A DNA stretch of 64,000 bases from an uncultured Solirubrobacterales bacterium (GTDB lineage Bacteria; Actinomycetota; Thermoleophilia; Solirubrobacterales; Solirubrobacteraceae), in NCBI GenBank assembly GCA_963718735.1, contig OY970372.1, positions 1,796,366 to 1,860,365 on the forward strand, written 5' to 3'. Position 1 is the first letter of the stretch. Every line of letters begins with the position of its first letter. A program made the translations under genes and the position numbers. Below, in pieces: positions 9,796 to 19,654 of the stretch. The notes below the pieces were generated by a model, which saw only the letters and a program-made list of their open reading frames with translations, had not been told where the DNA came from and searched no databases.

Positions 9796-10737
9796 ATGTC
9801 CCGATCTCCCCGCCCGATGCCTGCGCTCGAGACCCTCGCCTACGAGACAGGCAACGACCGGATCGCCCGGATCACGCTCGACCGGCCCGAGCGCGGCAAC
9901 GGCATAACGCGACGTCTGGTCACCGAGCTCGAGCGGTGCGTCGAGCAGGCCGACCTCGACCCCGCGGTGCACGCGATCGTGCTGGCCGGCGCTGGGAAGG
10001 GCTTCTGCGGCGGGTATGACCTCGTCGAGAGCGCCGAGGGCCAGGGCCGCCTCGGCGAGGAAGAGCTCGCGTCGCCGCCGGGCTCGCCGCTCGACCCCGC
10101 CGCGATGGCGGCCAACCACGACCCCTCCGGCACGTGGGATCCGATGGTCGACTACGCGATGATGAGCCGCAACGTGCGCGCGTTCATGTCGCTGTTTCAC
10201 TGCGGCAAGCCGGTGGTGTGCAAGGTGCACGGCTTCTGCGTCGCCGGAGGCACCGACATGGCGCTGTGCTCAGACCTGCTCGTGATCGCGGCGGACGCGA
10301 AGATCGGCTATCCCCCAGCGCGCGTGTGGGGCTCGCCGACGACCTCGATGTGGATGCACAGGCTCGGGCCTCAGCGCGCGAAGCGGCTGCTGTTCACCGG
10401 CGATTCGCTGTCTGGGAGCGAGGCGTTGGAGTGGGGCCTTGCGATCGAGGCGCCCGCGCCGGATGCTCTCGACGAGCGTACGGAGATCCTGCTCCAGCGG
10501 ATTGCGCGGCTGCCGCTCAATCAGCTACGGATGATGAAGCTGCTGGTCAACCAATCTCTCTACGCACAGGGACTGCATACGACGCAGGCGCTTGGGACTT
10601 TGCTGGATGGAGTCGCACGCCATACGCCCGAGGGCTATGGCTTCCAGCGGCGCGCGATGCGGGGTGGCTTCCGCGAGGCTGTGCGCGAGCGCGACGAGCC
10701 GTTCGGCGATTACGGCGCCTCGACGTTCAAGGGGTAG
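9796..10737 (+). CDS. Crotonase/enoyl-CoA hydratase family protein
   Basis: RITLDRPERGN, GAGKGFCGGYDL, KPVVCKVHGFCVAGG and KRLLFTGD. Confidence 0.9.
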   Translation: MSRSPRPMPALETLAYETGNDRIARITLDRPERGNGITRRLVTELERCVEQADLDPAVHAIVLAGAGKGFCGGYDLVESAEGQGRLGEEELASPPGSPLDPAAMAANHDPSGTWDPMVDYAMMSRNVRAFMSLFHCGKPVVCKVHGFCVAGGTDMALCSDLLVIAADAKIGYPPARVWGSPTTSMWMHRLGPQRAKRLLFTGDSLSGSEALEWGLAIEAPAPDALDERTEILLQRIARLPLNQLRMMKLLVNQSLYAQGLHTTQALGTLLDGVARHTPEGYGFQRRAMRGGFREAVRERDEPFGDYGASTFKG

Positions 10738-11003
10738 GCAAAGCGGCGAACGCGGGTCGGGAACGTTAGCGCCCAGCGTCTTGAAACGCGACGCGCAACG
10801 CCGACCATCTTCCCGCGGAGAGCAGGGATGCAAACCAGCTCGTCGAGCAGCTCTGGTCAAACCTTTTTGACTGTTCGAGTCAATCGTACAAATGAATTGC
10901 CAAAATTTGCTCGCATTGTGCGGTAAGCTACTTGCCCAACGCAGTGAGGTTGGTCAAGGGGTCCCAGAGACATAGGGATGTGGGCAGTGGCCGGTTGCAG
11001 GAC

Positions 11004-12788
11004 ATGGCGCAGGCTGCCAGACAGCGCTTTCGAGAGCGAGTCGCAGCGCTCTTCACCATTCCTGCGGGCGCGCTGATGGACCGCACAGCACGGGGAGTCC
11101 TCGACATCGCCCGGAGCGTGCTGGCCGAGCTCGACTTGGAGGTCGTCCTCAACCGCGTGCTCGAATCCGCACGCGAGCTCACCGACGCCCGTTACGCCGC
11201 GCTCGGTGTGCTGGGCGGCTCGCACACCGAACTCGAGCGCTTCCTCACGATCGGCATCGACGACTCCGAACGCGAGGCGATCGGCAATCTGCCTCGCGGG
11301 CGCGGCGTGCTGGGCGAGTTGATCCAGAATCCGCGGGCGCTGCGCCTCACCGATATCAGCGAACACCCGCGCTCCTATGGCTTCCCGCACGGTCATCCGC
11401 CGATGCGGAGCTTCCTCGGCGTGCCAATCCTGATCGAGGGAGCACCTTTCGGCAATCTCTACCTGACCGAGAAGGAGAACGGCGAGCAGTTCAGCGAGGC
11501 CGACGAGGAGGCCGTCACGATGCTCTCGGAGCTTGCGGGCTTCGCGATCGACCACGCGCGCCGCTACACGGGGACAAGAGAGCATCGCGATGAGCTGCAG
11601 CGAACCGTCGCGGCGCTGAACGCGACGACCCAGATCGCGCGCGCGGTTGGAGCTGAGACCGACATCGACGTGATCCTCGGGCTCGTAGCCAAGCGCGGGC
11701 GCGCGCTCGTCGACGCGCGCCTGCTTGTGATCGAGCTCGTGCAGCGCGGCCGGCTGCTTGTGTCGGCTGGCGCCGGCGAGCTGCCCCCGGGCCTGCTTGG
11801 CAGGCAGGCGCCGCTGGGCGACTCGGCCGCGAGCGCAGCGCTGCGCACGCGCCACGCCCAGCGCCTGCAGGAACCGCTCACCCGCGCACGCTTCCACGAG
11901 CACGGCCTCGGGACGCTCGGAGTCGAGGCGCACGGCGGGTTGATCGTGCCACTGGTCTTCCAGAACCGCTCCTACGGGGTGCTCGTGGCGATCGACCGTC
12001 TCCATAACGGGCCCGAGTTCACAAATGACGACGAGCGCCTGCTGGAGGCGTTCGCGGCCTCGGCGGCGACGGCCGTCGCCACAGCCCAGTCGGTCGCCTC
12101 AGAGCGTCAGCGTCAGCGCCTCGCCGCTGCCGAGGCCGAACGCCAGCGCTGGGCACGAGAGCTTCACGACGACACCCTCCAGAGTCTCAGCGCGCTGCGC
12201 GTCGGGCTCTCGACCGCCAAGCGCTCGGGCAAGCCCGAGGTGCTCGGGCGGGCCGTCAGCAATGCGATCGACCATCTCGAGGAAGGCATCACCAACCTGC
12301 GCGCGCTCATCACAGACCTGCGTCCCGCCTCGCTCGACGAACTCGGAGCCGCCGCAGCGATTCAGGCGCTGTGCGAACGCGCCGAGCGCCAGGGCGTCGA
12401 CGTCGACGTCAGCATCGACTTGGCCTACGAGCAGGGCCGCGAGCGGGAGCGTCACCTACCGGAGGTCGAGACGGCGATGTACCGGATCGTTCAGGAGGCG
12501 CTCACCAACGCCGCCAAGCATGGCAACGCGAAAAGGGCCGTCGTCGAGGTCCACGAGGACGAGACGAATGTGAGCGTGAGCGTGCGCGACGACGGCGGCG
12601 GCTTCGACCCTTCCGAGCACAACGACGGCTTCGGTCTGCTCGGTATGTACGAGCGAGTGCAGCTGTTGGACGGCAGCTTGGAGGTCCACTCCTCACCCGG
12701 CGGCGGGACCACAGTCGAGGCGAGCCTTCCGGTCAAGCGCATGTCCGAAGCGAGCGCGGGACGCCGGTCGACAGCCCAGCCGCAGTAA
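11004..12788 (+). CDS. Double-GAF sensor histidine kinase (DosS/DosT-like, HisKA_3)
   Basis: HPRSYGFPHGHPPMRSFLGVPI in GAF-A, RELHDDTLQ H-box, EALTNAAKH, DDGGGF and GLLGM. Start could be 11004 or 11076. Confidence 0.88.
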   Translation: MAQAARQRFRERVAALFTIPAGALMDRTARGVLDIARSVLAELDLEVVLNRVLESARELTDARYAALGVLGGSHTELERFLTIGIDDSEREAIGNLPRGRGVLGELIQNPRALRLTDISEHPRSYGFPHGHPPMRSFLGVPILIEGAPFGNLYLTEKENGEQFSEADEEAVTMLSELAGFAIDHARRYTGTREHRDELQRTVAALNATTQIARAVGAETDIDVILGLVAKRGRALVDARLLVIELVQRGRLLVSAGAGELPPGLLGRQAPLGDSAASAALRTRHAQRLQEPLTRARFHEHGLGTLGVEAHGGLIVPLVFQNRSYGVLVAIDRLHNGPEFTNDDERLLEAFAASAATAVATAQSVASERQRQRLAAAEAERQRWARELHDDTLQSLSALRVGLSTAKRSGKPEVLGRAVSNAIDHLEEGITNLRALITDLRPASLDELGAAAAIQALCERAERQGVDVDVSIDLAYEQGRERERHLPEVETAMYRIVQEALTNAAKHGNAKRAVVEVHEDETNVSVSVRDDGGGFDPSEHNDGFGLLGMYERVQLLDGSLEVHSSPGGGTTVEASLPVKRMSEASAGRRSTAQPQ

Positions 12789-12828
12789 GCCACTGCATCT
12801 GTCATTCGCGAGGTGTCGCCGACGCCGC

Positions 12829-13866
12829 TCAGCCGAAGAAGACTTCCGCAGTCTCGAACAGACGCGGGTCGAGCAGCTTCGGCTCGGCCAGCGCCTCAGC
12901 CAGGCCCACCTCGACGATGTCCGCACCCTGCAACGCGACCATACGACCGAAGCGTCCGGCGGCCGCTGCGTCCATCGCGGCTACGCCGAAGCGCGTGGCC
13001 AGCACCCGATCGTAGGCGGTGGGCGTCCCCCCGCGCTGCACGTGCCCAAGGATCGTCGCGCGCGTCTCATATCCGGTGAGCGCCTCCAACTCTTGCGCCA
13101 GCTCGACGCCGATCCCTCCAAGGCGCACGTGGCCGAACTCGTCGGTGGCGTGCGCATCGGCGAGCGTCATCGCGCCGCCCACTCGTGGTGTGGCGCCCTC
13201 GGACACGACCACGATCGAGAATGTGATCCCGGCGGCGTGGCGCCGACGCAGACGGCCGCAGAGCTCCTCGATGTCGAACGGGCGCTCCGGCACGAGGATC
13301 GCGTCGGCCCCGCCCGCGATCCCTCCACATGTCGCGATCCAACCGGCGTGACGGCCCATCACCTCGACCACCATCACGCGATTGTGCGACTCGGCGGTCG
13401 TGTGCAGACGGTCGATCGCCTCGGTCGCGATCTGCACAGCAGTGTGGAAGCCGAAGGTCACATCCGTGCCGCCGATGTCGTTGTCGATCGTCTTGGGCAC
13501 GCCGACGATCGGCAGCCCGTGATCGGAGAGACGCAAAGCCACCCCAAGCGTGTCCTCGCCGCCGATCGGTATCAGAGCATCGATGCGCTCCCGCTCGAAT
13601 GTGCCTTCGATCCTCTTCATCCCCCCCGCTCGTCCGTCGAGCGGGTTCGTGCGCGAAGTGCCGAGGATCGTGCCACCGCGCGGCAGGATCCCGGCTGTGC
13701 TCTCGCGCGTCAGCTCGACCACGTTGCGCTCGAGCACACCGGCCCAGCCATGGCGGAAGCCGACGAAGCTGTTCTGTCCCTCGCTCAGGCCGCGACGCAC
13801 GATCGCGCGAATCACGGCGTTTAGGCCTGGGCAGTCGCCGCCACCCGTGAGGATTCCTACGCGCAT
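12829..13866 (-). CDS. pfkA: 6-phosphofructokinase (PfkA family)
   Basis: MRVGILTGGGDCPGLN, GGTILGTSR, GGEDT, PKTIDND, EVMGRHAGW and LGHVQRGG. Confidence 0.95.
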   Translation of the reverse strand: MRVGILTGGGDCPGLNAVIRAIVRRGLSEGQNSFVGFRHGWAGVLERNVVELTRESTAGILPRGGTILGTSRTNPLDGRAGGMKRIEGTFERERIDALIPIGGEDTLGVALRLSDHGLPIVGVPKTIDNDIGGTDVTFGFHTAVQIATEAIDRLHTTAESHNRVMVVEVMGRHAGWIATCGGIAGGADAILVPERPFDIEELCGRLRRRHAAGITFSIVVVSEGATPRVGGAMTLADAHATDEFGHVRLGGIGVELAQELEALTGYETRATILGHVQRGGTPTAYDRVLATRFGVAAMDAAAAGRFGRMVALQGADIVEVGLAEALAEPKLLDPRLFETAEVFFG

Positions 13867-13968
13867 TGGAGCTCGAGCCACTCCCACTTTGGGGTTCAGT
13901 GCTTTACCACCGACGATAGGGGAATTTGTCCGCTGGCCCTCGCTCGCGCAGACCACTAGCGTCGACGG

Positions 13969-14643
13969 ATGCTCCTGTTCCTCCGTCTTGCCTCTGTGCC
14001 CAACACCGAGCCAACGAGCCCGATCAAGATCGTCCTGGCCGACGACCACGCGGCGATGCGTGAGAGCCTGCGTCAGCTGCTCGACGGCGAAGCCGACATC
14101 GACGTGATCGCCGAAACAGACAGCCTGGGGTCGGTGTTGGGCCATGTGCGCGCCCGTCGGCCAGACGTGCTCGTGCTCGATTTCGGCATGCCCAGCCGCG
14201 GCTCTGGGATCGAGGCGCTCAGCCGGCTCAATCGCGAGGCGCGCGACACGAGCATCGTGGTGCTCACCATGAACGACGATCCGGCGTTTGCCAAGCGCGC
14301 GCTCGACAACGGCGCTGTCGGAATCGTGCTGAAGGAGATGGCCGACTCCGACCTGCCGGCGGCTGTGCGCGACGCCTCGCGCCGCAAGCGCTACGTGAGC
14401 CCGTTGATCGCGACCAAGCTGGGCGCCGGCAAGCGCCAGGACGCAGACAAGCTGACGCCGCGTGAGCGCGAGGTGCTGCGACTGATCGCGCTCGGGCACA
14501 CGAGCGTCGAGATCGCGCAGAGACTCGAGCTCTCGCCGCGCACCATCGAGACGCACCGTGCGCGCATCCATCGCAAGCTCGGGCTGGAAACGCGTGCCGA
14601 GCTCGTGCACTACGCCCTGCGACACGAACTGCTGCAGCTGTGA
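13969..14643 (+). CDS. NarL/LuxR-family response regulator
   Basis: IVLADDH, PDVLVLD, LTM and LKE receiver residues. C-terminal LTPREREVLRLIALGHT HTH. Confidence 0.92.
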   Translation: MLLFLRLASVPNTEPTSPIKIVLADDHAAMRESLRQLLDGEADIDVIAETDSLGSVLGHVRARRPDVLVLDFGMPSRGSGIEALSRLNREARDTSIVVLTMNDDPAFAKRALDNGAVGIVLKEMADSDLPAAVRDASRRKRYVSPLIATKLGAGKRQDADKLTPREREVLRLIALGHTSVEIAQRLELSPRTIETHRARIHRKLGLETRAELVHYALRHELLQL

Positions 14644-14724
14644 GCGAAACGATGCCCTGCATCCCGCTCAACATAGAGCGTCTGCGGGGGTCGTCGATCG
14701 CCATGGCCGGCCGATCGAGCGTCC

Positions 14725-15594
14725 TCACTCCCCCGAGATCAGCTTCGCTGCGCGTTTCAGGCGCCCTCCCAGCTGCTTGACGAGCCGATCGACCGTGTAG
14801 GCGCCAGCCGGCACGGTGATGTCGATGGCGAGCGGATGCTCGCTGCGCGGACGCGGCACGAGCACGGCGATCGAGCGCGCGCCGCGGACGAGCTCCTCAT
14901 CGCTTGTGACCACCCCTCGCACGCTGATACGGTCGAGCTCCGCCGCCAGCTTCTTCTTATCGACGATCGAGTTAGGGCCATGCCGTGCGAGCTCCACGCT
15001 CCCCAGCAGCTCGCGCCGCTCCGCGTCGGAGACGCTCGCCAACAGGACCTTGCCGAGCGCCGTGCAGTGGGCCGGCACGCTGGCGCCCACACCCAGGTCC
15101 AGGTCGACCGCATACTGGCCGGCGCGGTGGCCGAGAGCGCGATGCACATAGATGACGCGCAGCCCGTCGAGCACTCCCATGCTGACGGTGTGTCCAACTT
15201 CGTCGCGCAGCTCCTCCAACACCGCCCTGGCACCGACCTGCCGGCGGATCGCGCCGATCGCCGCGGCGCCGACGTCTGTGGCGTGGCGCGCAAGGCGGTA
15301 CTTGCGTCTGGAGTCCTGCTCGAGATGCCCGAGCACGACGAGCGTCGTCGCGTAGCGATGGGTCGTGGAGCGGCTGATTTTCAGGATCTCCGCGAGGTCG
15401 GCGATGCCGAGCGCCTGGACATCGCCCGAGAACGCCTCGAGGATCGCGATGCCATATTCCAACGAGCGTGACATCCTCGGATCGGGATCCGCCCTGATCC
15501 GCGCCGGGCGCGGGCGGGCGGGCACGGCGTCCGCGGGCTCGCGTCCGCCACGGCCCTTCGTAGTCTCCGGGGTCTCGTCCTCGTCCTTGTACAT
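14725..15594 (-). CDS. IclR-family transcriptional regulator
   Basis: SRSLEYGIAILEAF, HTH ISRSTTHRY, HCTALGKVLLA and IAVLV. ATG at 15594 preceded by GAGGT. Confidence 0.9.
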   Translation of the reverse strand: MYKDEDETPETTKGRGGREPADAVPARPRPARIRADPDPRMSRSLEYGIAILEAFSGDVQALGIADLAEILKISRSTTHRYATTLVVLGHLEQDSRRKYRLARHATDVGAAAIGAIRRQVGARAVLEELRDEVGHTVSMGVLDGLRVIYVHRALGHRAGQYAVDLDLGVGASVPAHCTALGKVLLASVSDAERRELLGSVELARHGPNSIVDKKKLAAELDRISVRGVVTSDEELVRGARSIAVLVPRPRSEHPLAIDITVPAGAYTVDRLVKQLGGRLKRAAKLISGE

Positions 15595-15774
15595 TGCGAT
15601 CCCACCTCGTATGTCGCGCGCGTGGCCACGTGTTCCTCGTCTACCCAGCGCAGGCGCGCTCAGACAGCCGACCCGGCCCGGGATTCGAGAATACAATCGT
15701 CTGTTGGTAAAAACGCTACAGCATCGAGCGGTTGGAACTTCGCGCCAGCTCGACGGCTCTCGCGCGCGCAAGCC

Positions 15775-16734
15775 TCAGGAGGCCGCTGTCACACGCTCGA
15801 CGATCGCCTCGACCAGCTCGGTGAACGTCATGCCGGCGGCCTCGGCGGCGGCTGTGGTGATGCCCGTCTCGGTTAGGCCCGGGATCGTGTTGATCTCGAG
15901 CACCTGCGGAATCTCACGCTCGTCGAGGATCAGGTCGACGCGGGCGAAGTCGCGGCAGCCCATCAGCGCATAGCTGTCGAGCGCCGCTCGCTCGACGCGT
16001 GCGCGCACCTCGTCGGACAGCTCGGCCGGCACCTCCATGCGCAGCTGGCCGATCGTGTAGTGGGCTTCGTAGCTGTAGAAGCTCTCCGGCGTGAACAGCT
16101 CCACGATCGGCAGGGCGCGCGGGCCGGCGTCGAGCGAGTCGAGCACCGTGACCGCGAGCTCGCGCCCGACGATGCGCTCCTCGACGAGCACGCGGTCGCC
16201 GTAGCCGAAGGCGCCGAGGATCGCGCTTGGCAGCTGTTCAGCGCTCGCCACGAACTTGATCCCGATCGCGGAGCCCTGCGCGACGGGCTTGACAACGGCC
16301 GGAAGCTTCAGCTCTTCGAGCAGCTTCGGGAACGTGCGCGCGCCACCCAGCTCGCGAAAAGCCGTCTCGTTGAAGCTGTGAAACGCGGGTGTCGGGATCC
16401 CGTGCAAGCGCAGCATGCGCTTGAACAGCATCTTGTCCATGCACAGCGCGCTTGCGAGCGGGTCAGATCCCGTGTAGCGCACCCCAAGCGTCTCCAGCAG
16501 ATCCTGCAGGGTGCCGTCCTCGCCGCCGCGACCGTGCATCGCGACGAACACGAAGCGCGGGCGCTCGGCCAGAACGCGGTCGATGAAGTCGCCGTCCACA
16601 TCTAGCGCGTGGACCGTGTAGCCAAGCGCGCGCAGGGCTCGCTCGACGCGGTGGCCGGAGCGCAGGCTGATCTCGCGCTCCAATGAGCGCCCGCCCATCG
16701 CGACTACCGCCGAGCGGGCGGGAGCCACAGTCAC
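15775..16734 (-). CDS. ddl: D-alanine--D-alanine ligase (short DdlB-type)
   Basis: GGRSLEREISLRSG, MHGRGGEDG, MDK, VKPVAQGSAIG, RVDLI and EINTIPG. GTG overlaps the upstream TGA. Confidence 0.9.
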   Translation of the reverse strand: MTVAPARSAVVAMGGRSLEREISLRSGHRVERALRALGYTVHALDVDGDFIDRVLAERPRFVFVAMHGRGGEDGTLQDLLETLGVRYTGSDPLASALCMDKMLFKRMLRLHGIPTPAFHSFNETAFRELGGARTFPKLLEELKLPAVVKPVAQGSAIGIKFVASAEQLPSAILGAFGYGDRVLVEERIVGRELAVTVLDSLDAGPRALPIVELFTPESFYSYEAHYTIGQLRMEVPAELSDEVRARVERAALDSYALMGCRDFARVDLILDEREIPQVLEINTIPGLTETGITTAAAEAAGMTFTELVEAIVERVTAAS

Positions 16735-17933
16735 GCCTTGTCTCCCGCCTTGGCGCCCGAGGCGCGCTCGGCGAGCAGGTTGGTGTCGAACACCGTGGTC
16801 GTGCGCAGCTTCTCGCGATGGTCCGCGAGGGCGAGGTCGATCAACTCGTCCATCAGCTCGGCGAACGGAAGGCCGGCGGGCTCCCACAGGTAGAAGGAGA
16901 ACGAGCCGGGGATCGTGTTGAGCTCATTGACGTACACACGTTGCTCGGCGTCGATCAGGAAGTCGACGCGCGTGACTCCCGCGCAGCCGAAAGCGACGAA
17001 GGCGCGCTTGGCAAGGTCTTGCACCTGGGCGGTGAGCGCGTCTGCGAGCGGCGCGGGGATCAGGCGCTGGGCGCCCTTCATGCCCTCGCTCTTGCCGCCG
17101 CTCAGATACTTGTCCTCGAAGGACAGAAAGGCCTCCGCCGCCACAGGCTGCTCGCAGACCGAGGCGCGCGGCTCGACGCCGGGGCGGCCGATCACGGAGC
17201 AGTTGACCTCGACGCCGCCCTCCACGGCCGGTTCGACCAGACATACCCGGTCCAGCTCGAAGCAGAGCTCGAGCGCCTCCTCCAGCTCGGCTTCCTCGCT
17301 GCAGCGCCGCACGCCGACGCTCGACCCCAGCGAAGCGGGCTTTGCGTACATCGGAAAGTCGAAGGCCCCGCGCGCGCGAGAGAGCACAACCCTTTTGTCG
17401 ATACCCCATTCCTCACGACGCAGCGCGACACAGCCGAGCGCAGGCAGGCCCGCCTGCGCGAGCATCGCCTTGGTCGCGACCTTGTCCATCGCGACGGCGG
17501 CGGCGCCCACGGGCGGGCCCACATAGGGCAGCCGCGCAAGCTCGAGCGCGCCCTGCAGGCAACCATCCTCCCCCTGGGTCCCGTGGGTCGCCAAGACCAC
17601 GACATCCAGCTCGATTGATTGATTGGCCCGCCCACCCGCGCGACGCGCGCGCAGCAGCGATCCCCCCGAGACGGCGGGTCGCAGCAGGCGACCGTTGTGC
17701 AGATCGAAGTGGATCTCCTCGGCGTCCGGGTCGCCGCCCTCCCTCTGATAGACGGACAGCTCGCGCAGGGCATCGCCGGTGTACCAGCGTCCGCTGCGCG
17801 ATATGTAGATCGGGGCTGGCACATGGCGCTCCTCGAGCACGCTCAGGGCCTGCAGCCCCGTGATGATCGAGACGTCGTGCTCCACAGAACGCCCGCCGAA
17901 GGCGACGCCCACCCTCAGTCCGCTGGATGGCAT
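16731..17933 (-). CDS. ddl: Second D-alanine--D-alanine ligase (long type)
   Basis: FGGRSVEHDVS, HGTQGEDG, MDK, KPASLGSSVGV, FLSFEDKY, RVDFL and NELNTIPGS. Confidence 0.9.
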   Translation of the reverse strand: MPSSGLRVGVAFGGRSVEHDVSIITGLQALSVLEERHVPAPIYISRSGRWYTGDALRELSVYQREGGDPDAEEIHFDLHNGRLLRPAVSGGSLLRARRAGGRANQSIELDVVVLATHGTQGEDGCLQGALELARLPYVGPPVGAAAVAMDKVATKAMLAQAGLPALGCVALRREEWGIDKRVVLSRARGAFDFPMYAKPASLGSSVGVRRCSEEAELEEALELCFELDRVCLVEPAVEGGVEVNCSVIGRPGVEPRASVCEQPVAAEAFLSFEDKYLSGGKSEGMKGAQRLIPAPLADALTAQVQDLAKRAFVAFGCAGVTRVDFLIDAEQRVYVNELNTIPGSFSFYLWEPAGLPFAELMDELIDLALADHREKLRTTTVFDTNLLAERASGAKAGDKA

Positions 17934-17944
17934 ACGGGGGTAGC

Positions 17945-19654
17945 TTATGCGGCGTAGGTGTCGGGCAGGTCGTTCTCGAACAGGACGACGTCGCCTGCGC
18001 GCGTCAGCCGCCCGAGCAGGGCCGTAGCCTCGGCGATGTCGAGCACCACGTGGACGCTCGCGGGGTCCATGCCGGCTGTCGCTAGCCCTTCGCGGATCGG
18101 GGCGGCGCGGGCAGGGCCGACGAGGATCGCCAGGTCGCACACCGCACCGGCCTGCTCGCCGAAGCGGCGGTTGAGCTCGGTCTCGAGCGCGCCGAGCTCG
18201 ACCATCCCCGGGGTCACGAGCAGACGGCGCGACGCTGGATGCTCGCGCAGCACCTCCAGGGCGGCGGCGGCGCCGTCGGGGTTGGAGTTGTAGGCGTCGT
18301 CGATCACGACGATCCCCGCGCGGCGATTGTGGATCGGCTGCAGGCGGTGCGCCGGCGCCTCAACGCGTGCGAGCCCCTCGGCGATGCGCGCCGAGTCGAT
18401 GCCCAGCACGCGCCCAACCGCCGCGGCGGCGAGCAGGTTCGAGACGTTATGAGCCCCGAGCAGACCGGCCGAGACGGAGATCGGCGCGCTGTCGGGCCCA
18501 TCGAGATGAAGGTCGAACCTGGTGCGACCCTCGGCGAGTCGCACGTTACGGGCGAGGATCGCCACGTAGGGCATGCTTTTTTGGGATGGATGGGTCGTGC
18601 TCTGCGCCGCCACGACGCTGGGTGACGCAGTTGCGTCCACGGTGGGGGATGGATCGTCGATCCCGAACAGCGTGACCGGGACAGTCGCGCGGGCAGCCAG
18701 ATCGAGACAGCGCGGATCGTCCGCGTTGGTGACGAAGTGGCCCTCAGGCGCAAGCGCGTCGAGCAGCTCTCCCTTCGCTTCCGCGATCGCCTCAATCGAC
18801 CCGAGCCGCTCCAGGTGCATCGGGCCGATCGCGGTGATTACCCCGACGGTCGGATGCACGAGCTCGCACAGCTCGGCGATGTCCCCGCGCCGGAACATTC
18901 CCATCTCCACCACGAACGCTCGATGGGATGCGCGCAGGCGCTCGTTGATCGTGCGGATCACTCCGAGGAAGCTGTTGTAGCTCTCGGGAGTCACGAGCGT
19001 GGGCCGGTCGGCCTCGAGCACGGCGCCCACGCAGAACTTGGTAGTGGTCTTGCCGTAGCTGCCTGTGATCCCTACCACCAACGGGTCCCAATCGCGCAGC
19101 GAGCGTCGTGCGCGCCGCACGTAGCGACGGTTGATCGCGCTTTGCACAGGTCGCAGCGCGAAGTTGGCGGCAAGCAGCGTCCACGGAGCCGCGACGAGCG
19201 ACAGCAGGCCAAGCGCCAGCAGGATCGCCAGGGAGGTCGTGGTCACACCTGCCGTGGCTACTGCGATCGCCGCGATCGCAAGCAGCGCAGACGGCGCGAG
19301 CGCAGCCGCGAGGAGCCTCTTCGCGCGGCCCGTTAGCACGAGCGGCTTGACCGCCTCGCGGCGCCAATCGGCGACGCCGAGCGCGGCGAGTGGGCCGACC
19401 AGCAGCAGCAACGCCCCACACAGCCAGCCCATGCTTGAGGAGCGCGCCGCGAGCGCCGCACCGAAGAGCAGCGCCACGGCGATGAGCTCGCGTGCCGCAA
19501 GGAGCTCGCCGCGCCGGCGCAGCCATAGCATCAGGCGCGCCGGCTCATAGTGCTCGAGCTGGAACAGGTGCAGCAAGCGATGCTGGCGGCCCGCCAGGCG
19601 GACGCCCAGGGCAAGCAACGCGATGACCGCGGCGACGCCCTCGAATGCGCTCAC
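17945..19654 (-). CDS. murF: UDP-MurNAc-tripeptide--D-Ala-D-Ala ligase with N-terminal transmembrane domain
   Basis: GITGSYGKTTTK, ESYN, VVEMG, HLERLGS, GAHNVSN, HRL, DDAYNSNP, TPGMVELG and LFENDLPD. About 5 TM helices N-terminal. GTG overlaps the hydrolase stop. Confidence 0.9.
   Translation of the reverse strand: MSAFEGVAAVIALLALGVRLAGRQHRLLHLFQLEHYEPARLMLWLRRRGELLAARELIAVALLFGAALAARSSSMGWLCGALLLLVGPLAALGVADWRREAVKPLVLTGRAKRLLAAALAPSALLAIAAIAVATAGVTTTSLAILLALGLLSLVAAPWTLLAANFALRPVQSAINRRYVRRARRSLRDWDPLVVGITGSYGKTTTKFCVGAVLEADRPTLVTPESYNSFLGVIRTINERLRASHRAFVVEMGMFRRGDIAELCELVHPTVGVITAIGPMHLERLGSIEAIAEAKGELLDALAPEGHFVTNADDPRCLDLAARATVPVTLFGIDDPSPTVDATASPSVVAAQSTTHPSQKSMPYVAILARNVRLAEGRTRFDLHLDGPDSAPISVSAGLLGAHNVSNLLAAAAVGRVLGIDSARIAEGLARVEAPAHRLQPIHNRRAGIVVIDDAYNSNPDGAAAALEVLREHPASRRLLVTPGMVELGALETELNRRFGEQAGAVCDLAILVGPARAAPIREGLATAGMDPASVHVVLDIAEATALLGRLTRAGDVVLFENDLPDTYAA

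Noticed and set aside
10914-10925. 12-mer CATTGTGCGGTA shared with 50040-50051
   Set aside because: Only two copies, non-palindromic and in opposite orientation relative to the nearest genes, so it cannot be separated from chance.
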